Source: Phoronis australis
Taxonomy: Eukaryota; Animalia; Phoronida
Assembly: GCA_002633005.1 (NCBI GenBank)
Contig: NMRA01000579.1
Coordinates: 147,658 to 211,657 of the forward strand
Direction of reading: 5' to 3'
Length of the DNA: 64,000 nucleotides
The translations under genes and the position numbers were made by a program. This document shows positions 1 through 11,500 of this stretch, one piece after another. The first letter of the stretch is position 1, and every line of letters starts with the position of its first letter. The notes beneath the pieces were generated by a model. It made no database searches and was not told the DNA's origin. It worked only from the letters and a program-made list of their open reading frames with translations.

Positions 1-215
1 CGATGATTTTCGGATTTTCTCCAATTGCCCCCTAGAACCAGTATTTTTCTTGACGGCTTCTGTATCTCTTAGACCTTTTGCAGAATCTTTGTTAAATTTG
101 ACTGGTGTATTTCTAAGAACGTGACTACAGATTAGGAAAACTTTTGGACAGATCAGATTGCCATTGCTTCTCCAGTTGCAAATATAGTCTCTTGTAATTT
201 ACACTATTATTTCAG

Positions 216-2582
216 CTGGTACCATCATGTCCACTCATTTGGTGACACGAGGCGTAACCTGGCAATCAACATCTGGTTTTCACATCTGTTCTGGTTCAAC
301 CATACCGACTGCGACGTGAAAAAACCACTGCCGGAGACACAGGCTCTATCCGACTTCAAGATGGCTTCTAGGACTGAAATGCAGAGGTATGTGTCTACTG
401 TCACTCAATGTGGTGAACTTCACATGATCTGCCTCGGAAATTTGTGATCGTGTTGGTTTATAAATTTTCCAATCATTCTTACGCAATGGACAGAAGGGTC
501 CCATATTTTGATAACCGGTTTCATGTTCGTTATTCAATGAAGGAATTGTGGTTCTTTAAATGCGGGGATCACTGTGAGCGAGTATTACTCCGATTTCTCG
601 TTCTTACACACTGCCAATATGGTGGCTAAAGTGGGTTAAGTACGGTGCGTAATAAAGTCTTGTCAGTTATGAGAATGTGTTAATACAGTAGCCAAATAGT
701 ATTGAACAAACAACTAGTAGTTTTGTTGTCCAGTTTGAGTTTTGCTGTTCATTCTCGGTGACGTGGGAAGACTACGCTGACAAGTTATACGGCTGTCGTC
801 GTAGTGGGGAACTATGGGTCATTTTCTGAATACTTTTAGCTTGTACTGTAAGTTTATCGTAATTGTTAAAGGGATATTGTTTTTATTATTACTTTTGCTA
901 TTTGCATCCACCACTATGAGTACAGTCATTGTTATTAATTTGTTACCTTTATGTAGAAAATAAATCTGATACTAAATAAGGCGATCCAGATCCTCCCAAG
1001 GATACTATTGTTTCACGAAATGTAGAATATAAATAGGTAAATAAAACAACAAGAATGGATCAACTGAAATTTTCGGATGTAATAACGTCCTTTGTCAACA
1101 GAAACAGAAATAAATTTAAGTAAAATCAAACACTATATGACAATTGACATTTAAGATAACTTTATGGTATTTTCTCAAGGATGTCTTTCTCCCGGCATCA
1201 TTTGCCACCACAAAACTAAAAAGCATGCATGCATATTGGCTTCTTCTTATTGTCCTTACGTGTGTGCAACTGTTAGACGGTGGTGTTTGGTGAGTTGTAA
1301 AGAATAAAACGCTGTGCTTTATTCAGGAACATCCTACTGACCAACTTTGAGGGCCTACAAGTGGTGACCTTCGAGGAATTCAGAGCCGTTCTGGTCCAGC
1401 TGTACCCAAGCCTTGAAGAGGATGATGCTACCCTGGAGGAAGTAAGTTGTTCGCTCGGATTGCTGGGGTTTATTGTGGGAAAGGGAATACCAACCTGGAC
1501 GTTTTGTACCTGCGTTCGTATGTTTAGAAGTGCCATAGGCAAATTTTCAAAATTTCTCAGAATTTGCACTCGTCTTTTATCCAAGGCCTCGTTTATCTAA
1601 ACCTGTCTTTGTATCAAATGTTGAAATCAGAGGTCACAACATGGGATGCAGCTTGCCTCAAGGAAAAATCTTGTTCTTTAAGGTAGCTCATAACCTATTG
1701 ATAACTATGAATTTAATAAAGCATAATAATGGTTCTAGGTGGTCAGTGCACTGGGCCCACATGAGCGGCCTGTAATTGTTTTTTTTTTTTGATGAGGTCC
1801 TCTTTTTTCGTCTCCCTTGCTTCAGAAAAATTCATTGTAGTTTCGGAAAAGAGGCCCTGGGCATGATTTTGGTTATTTCCAGTCCTTATTTATCCAGATT
1901 TCCACGAAGCTAACCGGGACACAGTTACGGAAGTTGTATGAATTGTGTCTGTATTTGATCAGTGGCGTGGAAGTGGGTGTGTTTCTTTGTAATATCCAAA
2001 TCGAAGATAATTTTAAGATTAAAAACAAAGTGTCATTCAGTTGCTCACGTCAGCTTTCACTTTTTAAAGGGCCATTATTGGCGAGAAAAGTGATTTTTAA
2101 AAATCGGCTTCAGCGTGGACTCAAACCTCGAACTTCTTGGTCGCCATCTAATATTTCAATTGGTGGAGCTAAATGCCACTCCACAGGTGGCACTGTGTCC
2201 TTAAGTGTGTTTAACTGGTGAATATGTAAAGCAGTCAGTGGCGAGAATTTGCGATTTGTACACAACAATTTTGGGTTGTTTGTTTTATAGCTCTAGTCTA
2301 TCCCATCCAACAATAATCCAAAAACGTGTTTTTTGTCTGTGAAACCGGTTACGTCTCTTTAACTGTGACTCGTCGTCTTCGTTTCAGATGTTTGGTTTCA
2401 TCGATAACGACAAGGACGGCATCGTGACATGGCCCGAGCTACAGTACTTTGACATGGAGGCCGCGTTGGACTACTTTCCAGGGTTGTTTGATGATCCTGA
2501 ACAGGCTGAGGACGATGACAGGGATGATGGGAAGTTAGACGAGGCACGTGAGACTGAGGAAACTGTGAAAGATGAGCTGTAA
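216..2582 (+). CDS. 3' part (last 3 exons) of a JmjC/cupin-8 domain + EF-hand protein ending in KDEL; putative ER-lumenal Fe(II)/2-oxoglutarate oxygenase; 5' exons lie upstream of the window
   Basis: Exons 216-386, 1327-1441, 2388-2582, all AG/GT flanked and phase-consistent (ag|g = Arg; phase 0 into the last exon). Translation: WYHHVHSFGDTRRNLAINIWF (JmjC distal His and last beta-strands)...VVTFEEFRAVL...MFGFIDNDKDGIVTWPEL (canonical EF-hand loop)...EETVKDEL-stop. Confidence 0.85.
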
Positions 2583-4866
2583 TCTTGCTGACAATTTTTT
2601 TAAAGAATCTGATCCCTGTGGCTTGATCATGATCACTCGACTTACAATAGATTTCCTCGAAAGTATTAACGTCATCCCACATTTGTCTTGTTAAGTGCCG
2701 TGGCCAAGACAGCTCAAGACAATTTAAGAGCGAATTCATTGTACGTCTTCGTGTTTTGGCTAAAAATGTTGTAAAAATTTTGCCAAACTTCTGACGATAA
2801 GATAGTTGCGGACTTTTTTAAAGTGTTGTGAATTAGGTTAATTTAAAGTAGAAAAGTGAGGAATTAACTTTTGTGGCATAAACAACTTAAGTTGTATGAC
2901 GTTAGGCTCAATTTGTTCCTCATGGTAGTCTTGCCAATTTGGGACACGATGCGGCTCACAAGCGAATTTTTATGTCTTCATTTTTTTATTACAAATAAGA
3001 AACGAAAGGCTTTATGAATCTAAAGTTCTATATCGGTGCTATCACTGGACAATGTTTTACAAAATTGTGGGCATTAACAATAATTTTAGAAGTGTTTGAA
3101 AAATAAAAACAAAATAATTCTATCAATTTGTGAGATTTTACCTTGTTCAAATTAGAGTCGGTTGGTGAGTTTGGAAATATTAGGAGACCATTATTGGTCA
3201 AGACCATGGTCAGCAAGTCGACGTGTGAGGGTGGGTCCTGTTAAGTGTGGTCTCAAGTAGTAATGAACTGTCAATTGTTCACAAAGTTGAAACCAGTGTT
3301 ATTGTGACAGGTGATTTAAATATGAAACACGTCTATGTACAGTGTGACAGCTTTAACATTCAGTATTTGAAACGATGCATTCCAGATTAATTTAAATCAT
3401 CTTACATATCACGAATCATGATATAGTAACCCTCTGTTCTCATCACGTACACTGTGTAGCATATTTATCTCACGTGGGCAAGGGACTTTTTAAAATCAAA
3501 CTTGTTCTATGCTGTGTTTAACTATGTTTTGAGAAGCTGTGAGATTCACAATGTTAGTAGCCCTTGGAAATGAAAAAAGATGGTTTTTAACGATTTTGTT
3601 TTGCCTGAAGCTGCTCAGAGTTCACCATATTGGTGCCTTGTTTGGCTATGTAGGGTTGTTAGTTTTCTTTTGCATTGTAACATCAGTCCAGAAATGTAGG
3701 TAAGACTAGGCACTGTTCTATAAGCCTCCTTTTCAAGTCTTTCAGTAGAGTTGGTGATGGGTTTGAATTTTGGTGTTTTGATGAGTTATTCTAATTAGTG
3801 TACTCAATCAGTTTTGTGCTGTAAGTTGAAAAAAGTGATGAAATTCCAGATTTAATGAATATCTGAAATTTCGATGCAAAAATTCTCAGATAATTCTCAA
3901 ATGATTTTCATCTGGTTTAATCTGTTTTTTTCCCGAATTTCATTGAAAGTCGATAAATTTTTTGAAAACTACTGTTAGTCGTGATGGATTGTACACTTAT
4001 GAAATAGAAACCGCAATTGGGTCAGTAAAAATATGTTGGATCAAATTCCCAGGGGATTCAGGCGTAGGCCTACCTGACTTTCTTCAGTCAGTGGTACGTT
4101 GCTTTGAAAGTTGGCTGCACTCCGAACGTCTGGTTATTTTATTCTGTTCGTTTTTACACACAAAATCCGATTTCTATTTCTTCTACTTCTTTTGACATTG
4201 ATTGTTATTAATAAAATATTCATATTGTGTGTTTTTACGCAGACACTCACACACAGAGGGTTATTTTTGATACAAGTGTCTGAAGTTTACATGTCAGATT
4301 TGAAACAAATGATTTACATGAAACGAACTGAACAAATATAAGTACTTATCTGACAGAGAGTGATATGCAGTATATCAAGGGTTCGGGATCTCTGCCAGTA
4401 TTTGAGATTATAATGTTGTTTTTGTGGAAAATACTCCAGGTTTGTTTATTTTGGTGACTTTTTAATGGTATTTAATAATGTAGTTAAAGTTTTGATCACT
4501 TTGTTATTTCAACTTGCAGATGAAAATCTCAACTTCATCATTTCATTTCACGCCAAATGCCAAGGTACTTACCAACAGAGGGCATTGTTCTGGCATGGTA
4601 AACTTAAAAGCTCTCTTCATGCATGTGCACGGCAGTGGAAATTAAAATTGCACTCGTAAATAATAGTGATTGAGATAGCAATCGTATAAACATTGCTTGT
4701 GTTAACAATTTCATAGTTTATGAATATCGTTATTTATGAGAAGTTGGGATATTGAAAATATCTAGTCTCGTTTGAATTGTTCAGTCATTGATAGTTCGAC
4801 TGGTAATGTTATTTTTGATGTGGTAATCATAATACTCAGTCTATATGGACATAGGTGATGATTGAT

Positions 4867-4872
4867 AATAAA
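4867..4872 (+). promoter_or_regulatory. Candidate polyadenylation signal of the JmjC-EF-hand gene (alternative AATAAA at 4210-4215)
   Basis: AATAAA followed by GT/T-rich sequence downstream of the stop at 2582; not transcript-verified. Confidence 0.35.
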
Positions 4873-5871
4873 GGTTTGGTGATGGTTATCGTATTTGTAT
4901 TTAGTTTTGTGTACCTCTGTTTTCAACTGTCATACAGGTGTTACAGCGAATTCGTCTGTGCTGTTGCAGTCGATCTACGTTTCAACAGACCCTCCTAGGG
5001 CCTTTCTTATACATTTGTAGTAACTGAAGTTCGCTACATTGTTGGCTTGGCCAATTGTTGCGTTGAATGTTACAAGCCAGAAAACATTTCAAACCAGGTT
5101 TGTTGGAATGCAGTTTGATTGTAAGCGCACGTAGCAGTCACCAAGCTGTGGCTATATGCAGGAAGTTTTCCTTTAGGGGCCTGGAATACAAAAGCTCATA
5201 TAAATTACCTTTTAAACGGTTTGTGGATCTACTTCTTGGGGATGCTAAAGTGACAGTTGTGCACTTTAATTTGCTATTGCAAGAATTTCTAAAAAAGTCG
5301 TCACATTCACTATATTTGAAACACAAGACGAAGTATAAATTTTTATCCCCACCCAGGTTTCAAATTCTCTGCAGCCCCTAATATATAATGCACTCAAGTC
5401 GGGCTGGCTGCTGCTTGAAATCCCCATTGTATTATTTACGTCAAAGGTCACATTTTCCACATGAGGGTAATTTATTGCCTCACTAAATAAGGAGACATAC
5501 TTTGTCTTATGGGAAAAAAATCGACAAAGTGACAAGAAATTGGGAAAATGATTTTGAAATTTGAAACTAAAGTAAAAAATGCTATGCTTTGACAGAAATT
5601 CAAAATCTTTACGAAAAAACGTAAATAAATACTTGGTGAACAATTCACCTCCGTTTCAGAGGCAAAAAGCCACTTAGAATAAGGCAATTTAATCGTTTTT
5701 TCATGTATTCCACTTTAAATTCAGAACAAAATGGTGCAACGTGTTGACCTCACCGCTATATCTAGTTAAGTTTTTCCCAAATCCCTTCCAGGAAGAGACG
5801 CATCATAAAAGGTTTTTGTTCATCAATCAGTAAATGTTATAAGCCCAAGACAGGGTGATCTCCAAGTATAA

Positions 5872-5877
5872 TTTATT
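5872..5877 (-). promoter_or_regulatory. Candidate polyadenylation signal of the FERM gene (implies a ~2.6 kb 3'UTR)
   Basis: TTTATT on + = AATAAA on -, downstream of the stop at 8524; not transcript-verified. Confidence 0.3.
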
Positions 5878-6813
5878 TTAATTATGTGAAAGCACCGGCA
5901 CGAGAGACAATTGAATTCTACCAGACGGGTCGCGTTATCACAACAGCGAAGTAGTACACAACTTAATCTAAGCACAGATTTACACCACCCTAAAAGTCGA
6001 GTCACTCAAACTTTCACATCGCACACAAAAACAAAGCAGGCTCTGCAGAGTGGAAAGTAAAACAAGTTTTGCATCTGCACCCAGAGTTCAAGCGTACCTA
6101 TTACTGTTGGCAGAAAACACTCCGCAAATCTTTGTTCGTAACACTAAATTATTTTTTGCATTTTTTAAAATTGCCACTGGCTGACCTCACACTTTGGCCG
6201 CAAACCATCGCACCATTAATAAACCACAGTCGATGCTCTTTTCACTCGCATGGAACCAAACAAAAGGAATGTTCATGTAAAAGAATTTGTCCATCGTTTC
6301 GTTTAAGAGAACAGTTGTCAGTTAAAAACAGCCTATTTAGGAACTGCTTTGCAATCGTGGCAATACAAAGTTCAAAGTTAGCACTTTTAAACCTTTTGGT
6401 CCCTGTATATATAAATAAAACCCACCGTATAACAATCACATAATGAAAACGCAATAATGACAACAACAAACCTAAAACAATACAATGATATACATAATCC
6501 TGTGTTCACTTGACTGTAAAATCAATAGGGAAGTATTAGAAGCGTGATAATTATACAACTTTGGCAATCTGAAATAAATTCTAATACCTTTCACACATAA
6601 AATCAAGGCCGAGTAAAACAATGAGCTATCAAAATACATACATGGAAGGAGACTTGATATTCGTAAAAACTTCACCAAATGGGCAACTCATAATTCACTA
6701 GGTGTATCACAATAAAGCAAGAAACCTTCTCATAGACATGTCTGCATTCAGGTAAACCCCGTGGGCCTCTGATGTTTGCTCTCAATCAGATGTCAGAAGA
6801 AAGACATTTAATA

Positions 6814-6827
6814 GCGCCATCTAGTGG
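6814..6827 (-). promoter_or_regulatory. CTCF core motif CCACTAGATGGCGC
   Basis: gcgccatctagtgg on +, a near-consensus CTCF core. Confidence 0.4.
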
Positions 6828-7721
6828 AGATCGAGTCACCCATTGCTGTTTAGGCTGAAGTTTTCATTGCTACAGTAATGGGAAAAGTTTAAAATGCCAT
6901 AAAACAAGACTGGAATTCAGGAAGTACTCAAACAAGATTAAGTATTCAATGTGGTGCTGAAAGTTCAGAAACGGAATCTTCACAAACTACAAATTTAAAT
7001 ATAAACTACGATGAACACCATCAACTGCTTTAAACAAATCAACAAACTACAACCATGTAAACAACAATTACGAACACTGTCACAAAAGCATTCAGCTTTT
7101 TGGAAACAATTATCAGATGAATTTCTACTCTAGACTTGAAAACCTCTAAAATAAGAGTCACAACAAATCCAATAAAATCCAGACTCGCAAACTTCACAAA
7201 GCGCTAAAACCGCAAGATAACTATTCACAAATACCTGAAATACCTCAAATATTCCACATACATGTGCAGCAGAAAACATTTGCCTTGGCTGGACACATGA
7301 CCTCTGCTGTCAATCGGTTAATGGACACGCCCAAATCAAAAACACAGCTGAGGATACATGGTGACATTTGAAATAGTGAAATCATCTTACTAAACTCCAA
7401 AACCAAGGACTTGGGGGACTTTTGCTAGAAATTGACCTTTTCCGTCTGCAACTAGAGGACAACCAGGTCACCCATACCATACATCTGCCGTTTTACCAAA
7501 GTTTACCATTCCACACGCCAGTCCACTGGTAGAAAATTCTTCCTAAATAGTACGAAATTCCAAAAATGTTAACAAGAAAGTTCAAAACAAACGGAACTCT
7601 TGAACATTTTGGGGAACGAAAATGAAGCTCACCTCTTAAAGGGCTTGTCAACTAAAAGGAAGAGAAACACAACGCAACTCAAATTTTCACACGCTGGTGT
7701 GCAAATGTCGAAAACATCAGC

Positions 7722-8120
7722 GCCCGCAGTCTAATCTCTGACTCAAAATTGCCAATTGTTTTTGACAAATCCCACTCTACTGTTGTGTAAATTCAAGATA
7801 AGTGTCTATCATCCTGTGCTCGACCACGCTATGGTTTAGGTGGATGACTGTCTAATGCTAGCCTGCACTTTATGTATGTCACCACCATGAATACTACAAG
7901 TTCGAGTTTGAACTCGAAATTTCAAGTTTTCATCCAAATCTTGAGTTTTTAGCTCAAATCTAGGGGTCAACAAGTATGAATGTAGGCTAGACACTCATCA
8001 GCATATATCCCACCATACCCAAGCACAGAATAGAAGCACACTTATCTTGTATTTGCACAAAAGTAGAAAGAAAAAAAAATTTGGGATTAATGTCCAGTAC
8101 AAAGATTAGATCCTCAGGAC
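7722..8120. mobile_element. ~400-bp foldback / MITE-like palindromic element in the inferred FERM 3'UTR
   Basis: Nested inverted arms: gtctaatctctg/caaagattagat; ctactgttgtgtaaattcaagataagtgt (7777) with acacttatcttgtatttgcacaaaagtag (ends 8066); ctagcctgcac/atgtaggctag; centre ~7921. Confidence 0.7.
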
Positions 8121-8523
8121 CAAATACGGTTCATTCACACTCCCTTCACTGACACAGAGGGAGTGTGTGTGCGTCTGTATGTACAACTGTGTCCTATCAG
8201 GCACTCTGAAACTTTATATTTCAACACAAATAGGACATACTGTCAATCAAATAAAAAGCCAATCAACGGAATAGTTGTTATTCATGCAGCCAACCAAAGT
8301 GCATTAACTTTGGTTCGAAAGTCGTATGAAACAGCGAAACATCATTAATCATGTACCCATAAATTTGTTTTTGATCAATATCAAAGAAAAATAATTGAGG
8401 TAATGCTCGAGCATGTATAATTATTAAACAATGCAAAGAATTTCTGTCCAGTAAAATTAAAACTCGTGGGAAATTTCTCCACTGGCATGCCTATTCCCAA
8501 ATCACAACCAACTTCTAGCAGTC

Positions 8524-11500
8524 TTAACTGCTCATCAATGATTCCACTCTGTTATTCACGTATTCTCGCGCCGGGTTGTAGTACTGATCGCGCATGCTGG
8601 TCACAGCCGAGGTCTTCCTCACAGCGTCCAGCATCGGAAGAGCGATACGATCATCCAGCAGTACGACTATTGCCACCACCAACAGGAGCACTGCAAACAC
8701 GATGGCCACCAGAGGAATGCCCCGCATCTCCTCTGTCCTCTCTGGCGTCTTTGTTGTAGAAATGTCCACTTTGTTCTCCATCTTGTTATCCACGCCATTG
8801 TCACCAGATGGACCCGGTGCAGCTTGCAAGTCGTCCACGACGACGGGCGGCTCAATGACATCTGGGATCTCTAGCGTTTTCAAGTCTCCTTCTTGTTCGC
8901 CAGATGTTGACTCTGCGACTTCTCCAACATGATTACTAGTGACATCTAGTGATGGTTCAATGTCGTCGACTTCTTTTACCTCCTCATCGGCTAGTTTGCC
9001 ATCAACAGCATCTTCGGGCTCAGTCTCAACAGCATTATTAACAGCTTCAACCACAATCTCCTCTGTATGTTGCTCCTGTAAGAATGATGTAAATAAGTTT
9101 TACAAGGACTCCAAGTGATTTATCTTAAAACCACTCACATACGTAGCTATCTTTAGCAATTGTTAAACAGGCGTCTAAACTGATGGGAAAGAATATCCAT
9201 AGTACGTGTCAGGATTCCTAACTTTACATGATTACACTACGGACCGCCTGGCCTTTAATGACAGCTTTCTACACCCATATTAGAACTTAAAGTGGCTATA
9301 GATGCATCGTCCTGAATTTAGACCTTGAACTAATTCTAAAACTGGGGCCCTTTCCAAGAAATTGTCTTCAACTCATTTTTTACTGAAGTCTAAGATTTGT
9401 CTAAGTTTTATCTTAAAATTGACTGAAATTTAAGATTTGTCTTAGCTAAGTCAGTTTTCTTGGAACGAGCAAAAATCAAACTTTTTAAAAATTTTCGAGC
9501 TCTGTTAGCATTGCTGTAAATGCCCACAATTAAAGAAAATATTTCTGATGGTTGCTACAGTAAAGAACTTGAACGTGGTGAACAAATGAGAAATAACAAT
9601 TTCACTTGCCTGCCACATTGTGTCCTAATTAGTTGCATTTCATCTCACGTTATAACGAGCTGTTAATTGTCAATACCTACCTGAGGGGATTCCACTCTTT
9701 CATCGGTCACCTCTCTCTCCGACAAGTTTTCAACGGACACATCGGCCTGACTATCGGAATCGGTGGCTGAAAAAGTGAAGTTTAAAAACATCAAGGATAT
9801 TAAATTCAAATATAATACATTAAGAGCACAAATTCGTAAAATGAGCGAAGTTGTATTTTTTTTCTGGCCATATTCTATTACCTTCTAGTTTAATTTTAAT
9901 CTATTAAACTTTCATCTGGCAATAATAGTAATCTCTTGCAGAAAATGCAAAATGGAATTCTGCTACGAAACGGGCACGCATTTTTTTACATGGCAAAAAT
10001 ATTGTGTTATAATACAGGGAGATTTTTGTGTACAAGTAAACTGAAATTTTCTTTTTACAGCAAACTATGGCATAAAAAGACGACCATATCAACTTTACTA
10101 TAACCACATTAGGTATACCAAAGTTGCGACGACGAATCGAATCGCAATGTAGGAGCAACAAATGTCGATATCCATACACCACGACCTGTTTCAACTTGTT
10201 AGTTCCAATTTTCGCCATAAGATGTCTTACGAAGTAACGAGTTACTTGCACATTTTGAAGAGTTTTATTGAGATATTGGACAAACAAACAGCGCAGGATC
10301 ATTCACTGGTTGGAATCTTATCATTTTCAACATTTTTTTCCTGCAATTGGTACGAGTGATAAGTTAGCTATTTATATTTGAGAAAAAATGTATTAATTTG
10401 ACAAACAAGAATGAAACCAATCAAATTCCTCCTAAAGAGGATGAAATAGAATTGAAGTCCTAAAAATGTGTATCAACCCACCCCTAGTCAATATCGTTAT
10501 AAAACACGTACATGCAATTTTGCCAAAACTCCCTCGGCTGTGTTCTGTCAAACTGTCCCTACATATTAAGCGTGTCCACTCTTAAGATGCAGCTCACATT
10601 TCACTCACCTCTGGTGATCTCGATGCGAGGTTTCACAGGACGTTTCTGACTGAATCTCCTTTGAAGAGTAGACGATGGTGACCTGACAGAAGTAACACAA
10701 CACACGGTTACATCGAGTTTGAACGTTCACATTACACCACATTGTCACTTAGCGTAAGTGATTTTACATCATGAGTGTCACTTAGCGTAAGTGATTTTAC
10801 ATCATGAGTGTCACTTAGTGTAAGTGATTTTACTTCACGAGTGTCATCCAATATGAATAAGATGGCGTGTGATAACAACGGTTGAAACTGAAACGAGTGA
10901 CTAAGCATTCTATGTACGTGTTAGTAAAATTACTGCAAGGAAGGAAATATTAAACTGTTACATACAAACGACACATTTATTAAGCATTTCCTATAACTTA
11001 AGAGGCGATGTTAATACCTAAGTTATGAAACCGTAGTGGCACATGAATTAAATATACAAAAATTGAACCAATTGTTCAATAACTGTCAATTAAAATTAGC
11101 TTTTAACCTACATCTACAGAAATTATGTATAGCTCATCTAACATTAATAATGGCTGCACTTGATTTACTTTGTTGGTTGAGGAGGGTCAACTGGCTAAGG
11201 CACCTGATTGGTTGTTAAACCACAAAGCATCATCGAGTACCAATCAGATGTGTTAGCCAAATGACCCGTATGAACCGGAGAGAATCAAGAGCACCCAATA
11301 TGTATATAAAATTCGGTATCTTTTGATACAAATAATGCCCACTACTTGTGCAAAGTGATATCGTCAGCAGCAATTCCAGCTTAAAAAGTGTACACTGTAC
11401 AAATGAATATTTTACGCCAAGCTAAACTACAGAACCCAAATTGTTGATAAATGATTGGATATGGCACCCAACCTTGACCTTTTAAACTTTAGTCTTTTTT

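Noticed and set aside
2100-2185. tRNA-like segment on - strand (box B-like ggtttgagtcc)
   Set aside because: No convincing cloverleaf or acceptor stem; at most a decayed tRNA-derived SINE head.
8466-8932. + strand ORFs of 97 and 112 aa
   Set aside because: Antisense shadows of the FERM terminal exon.
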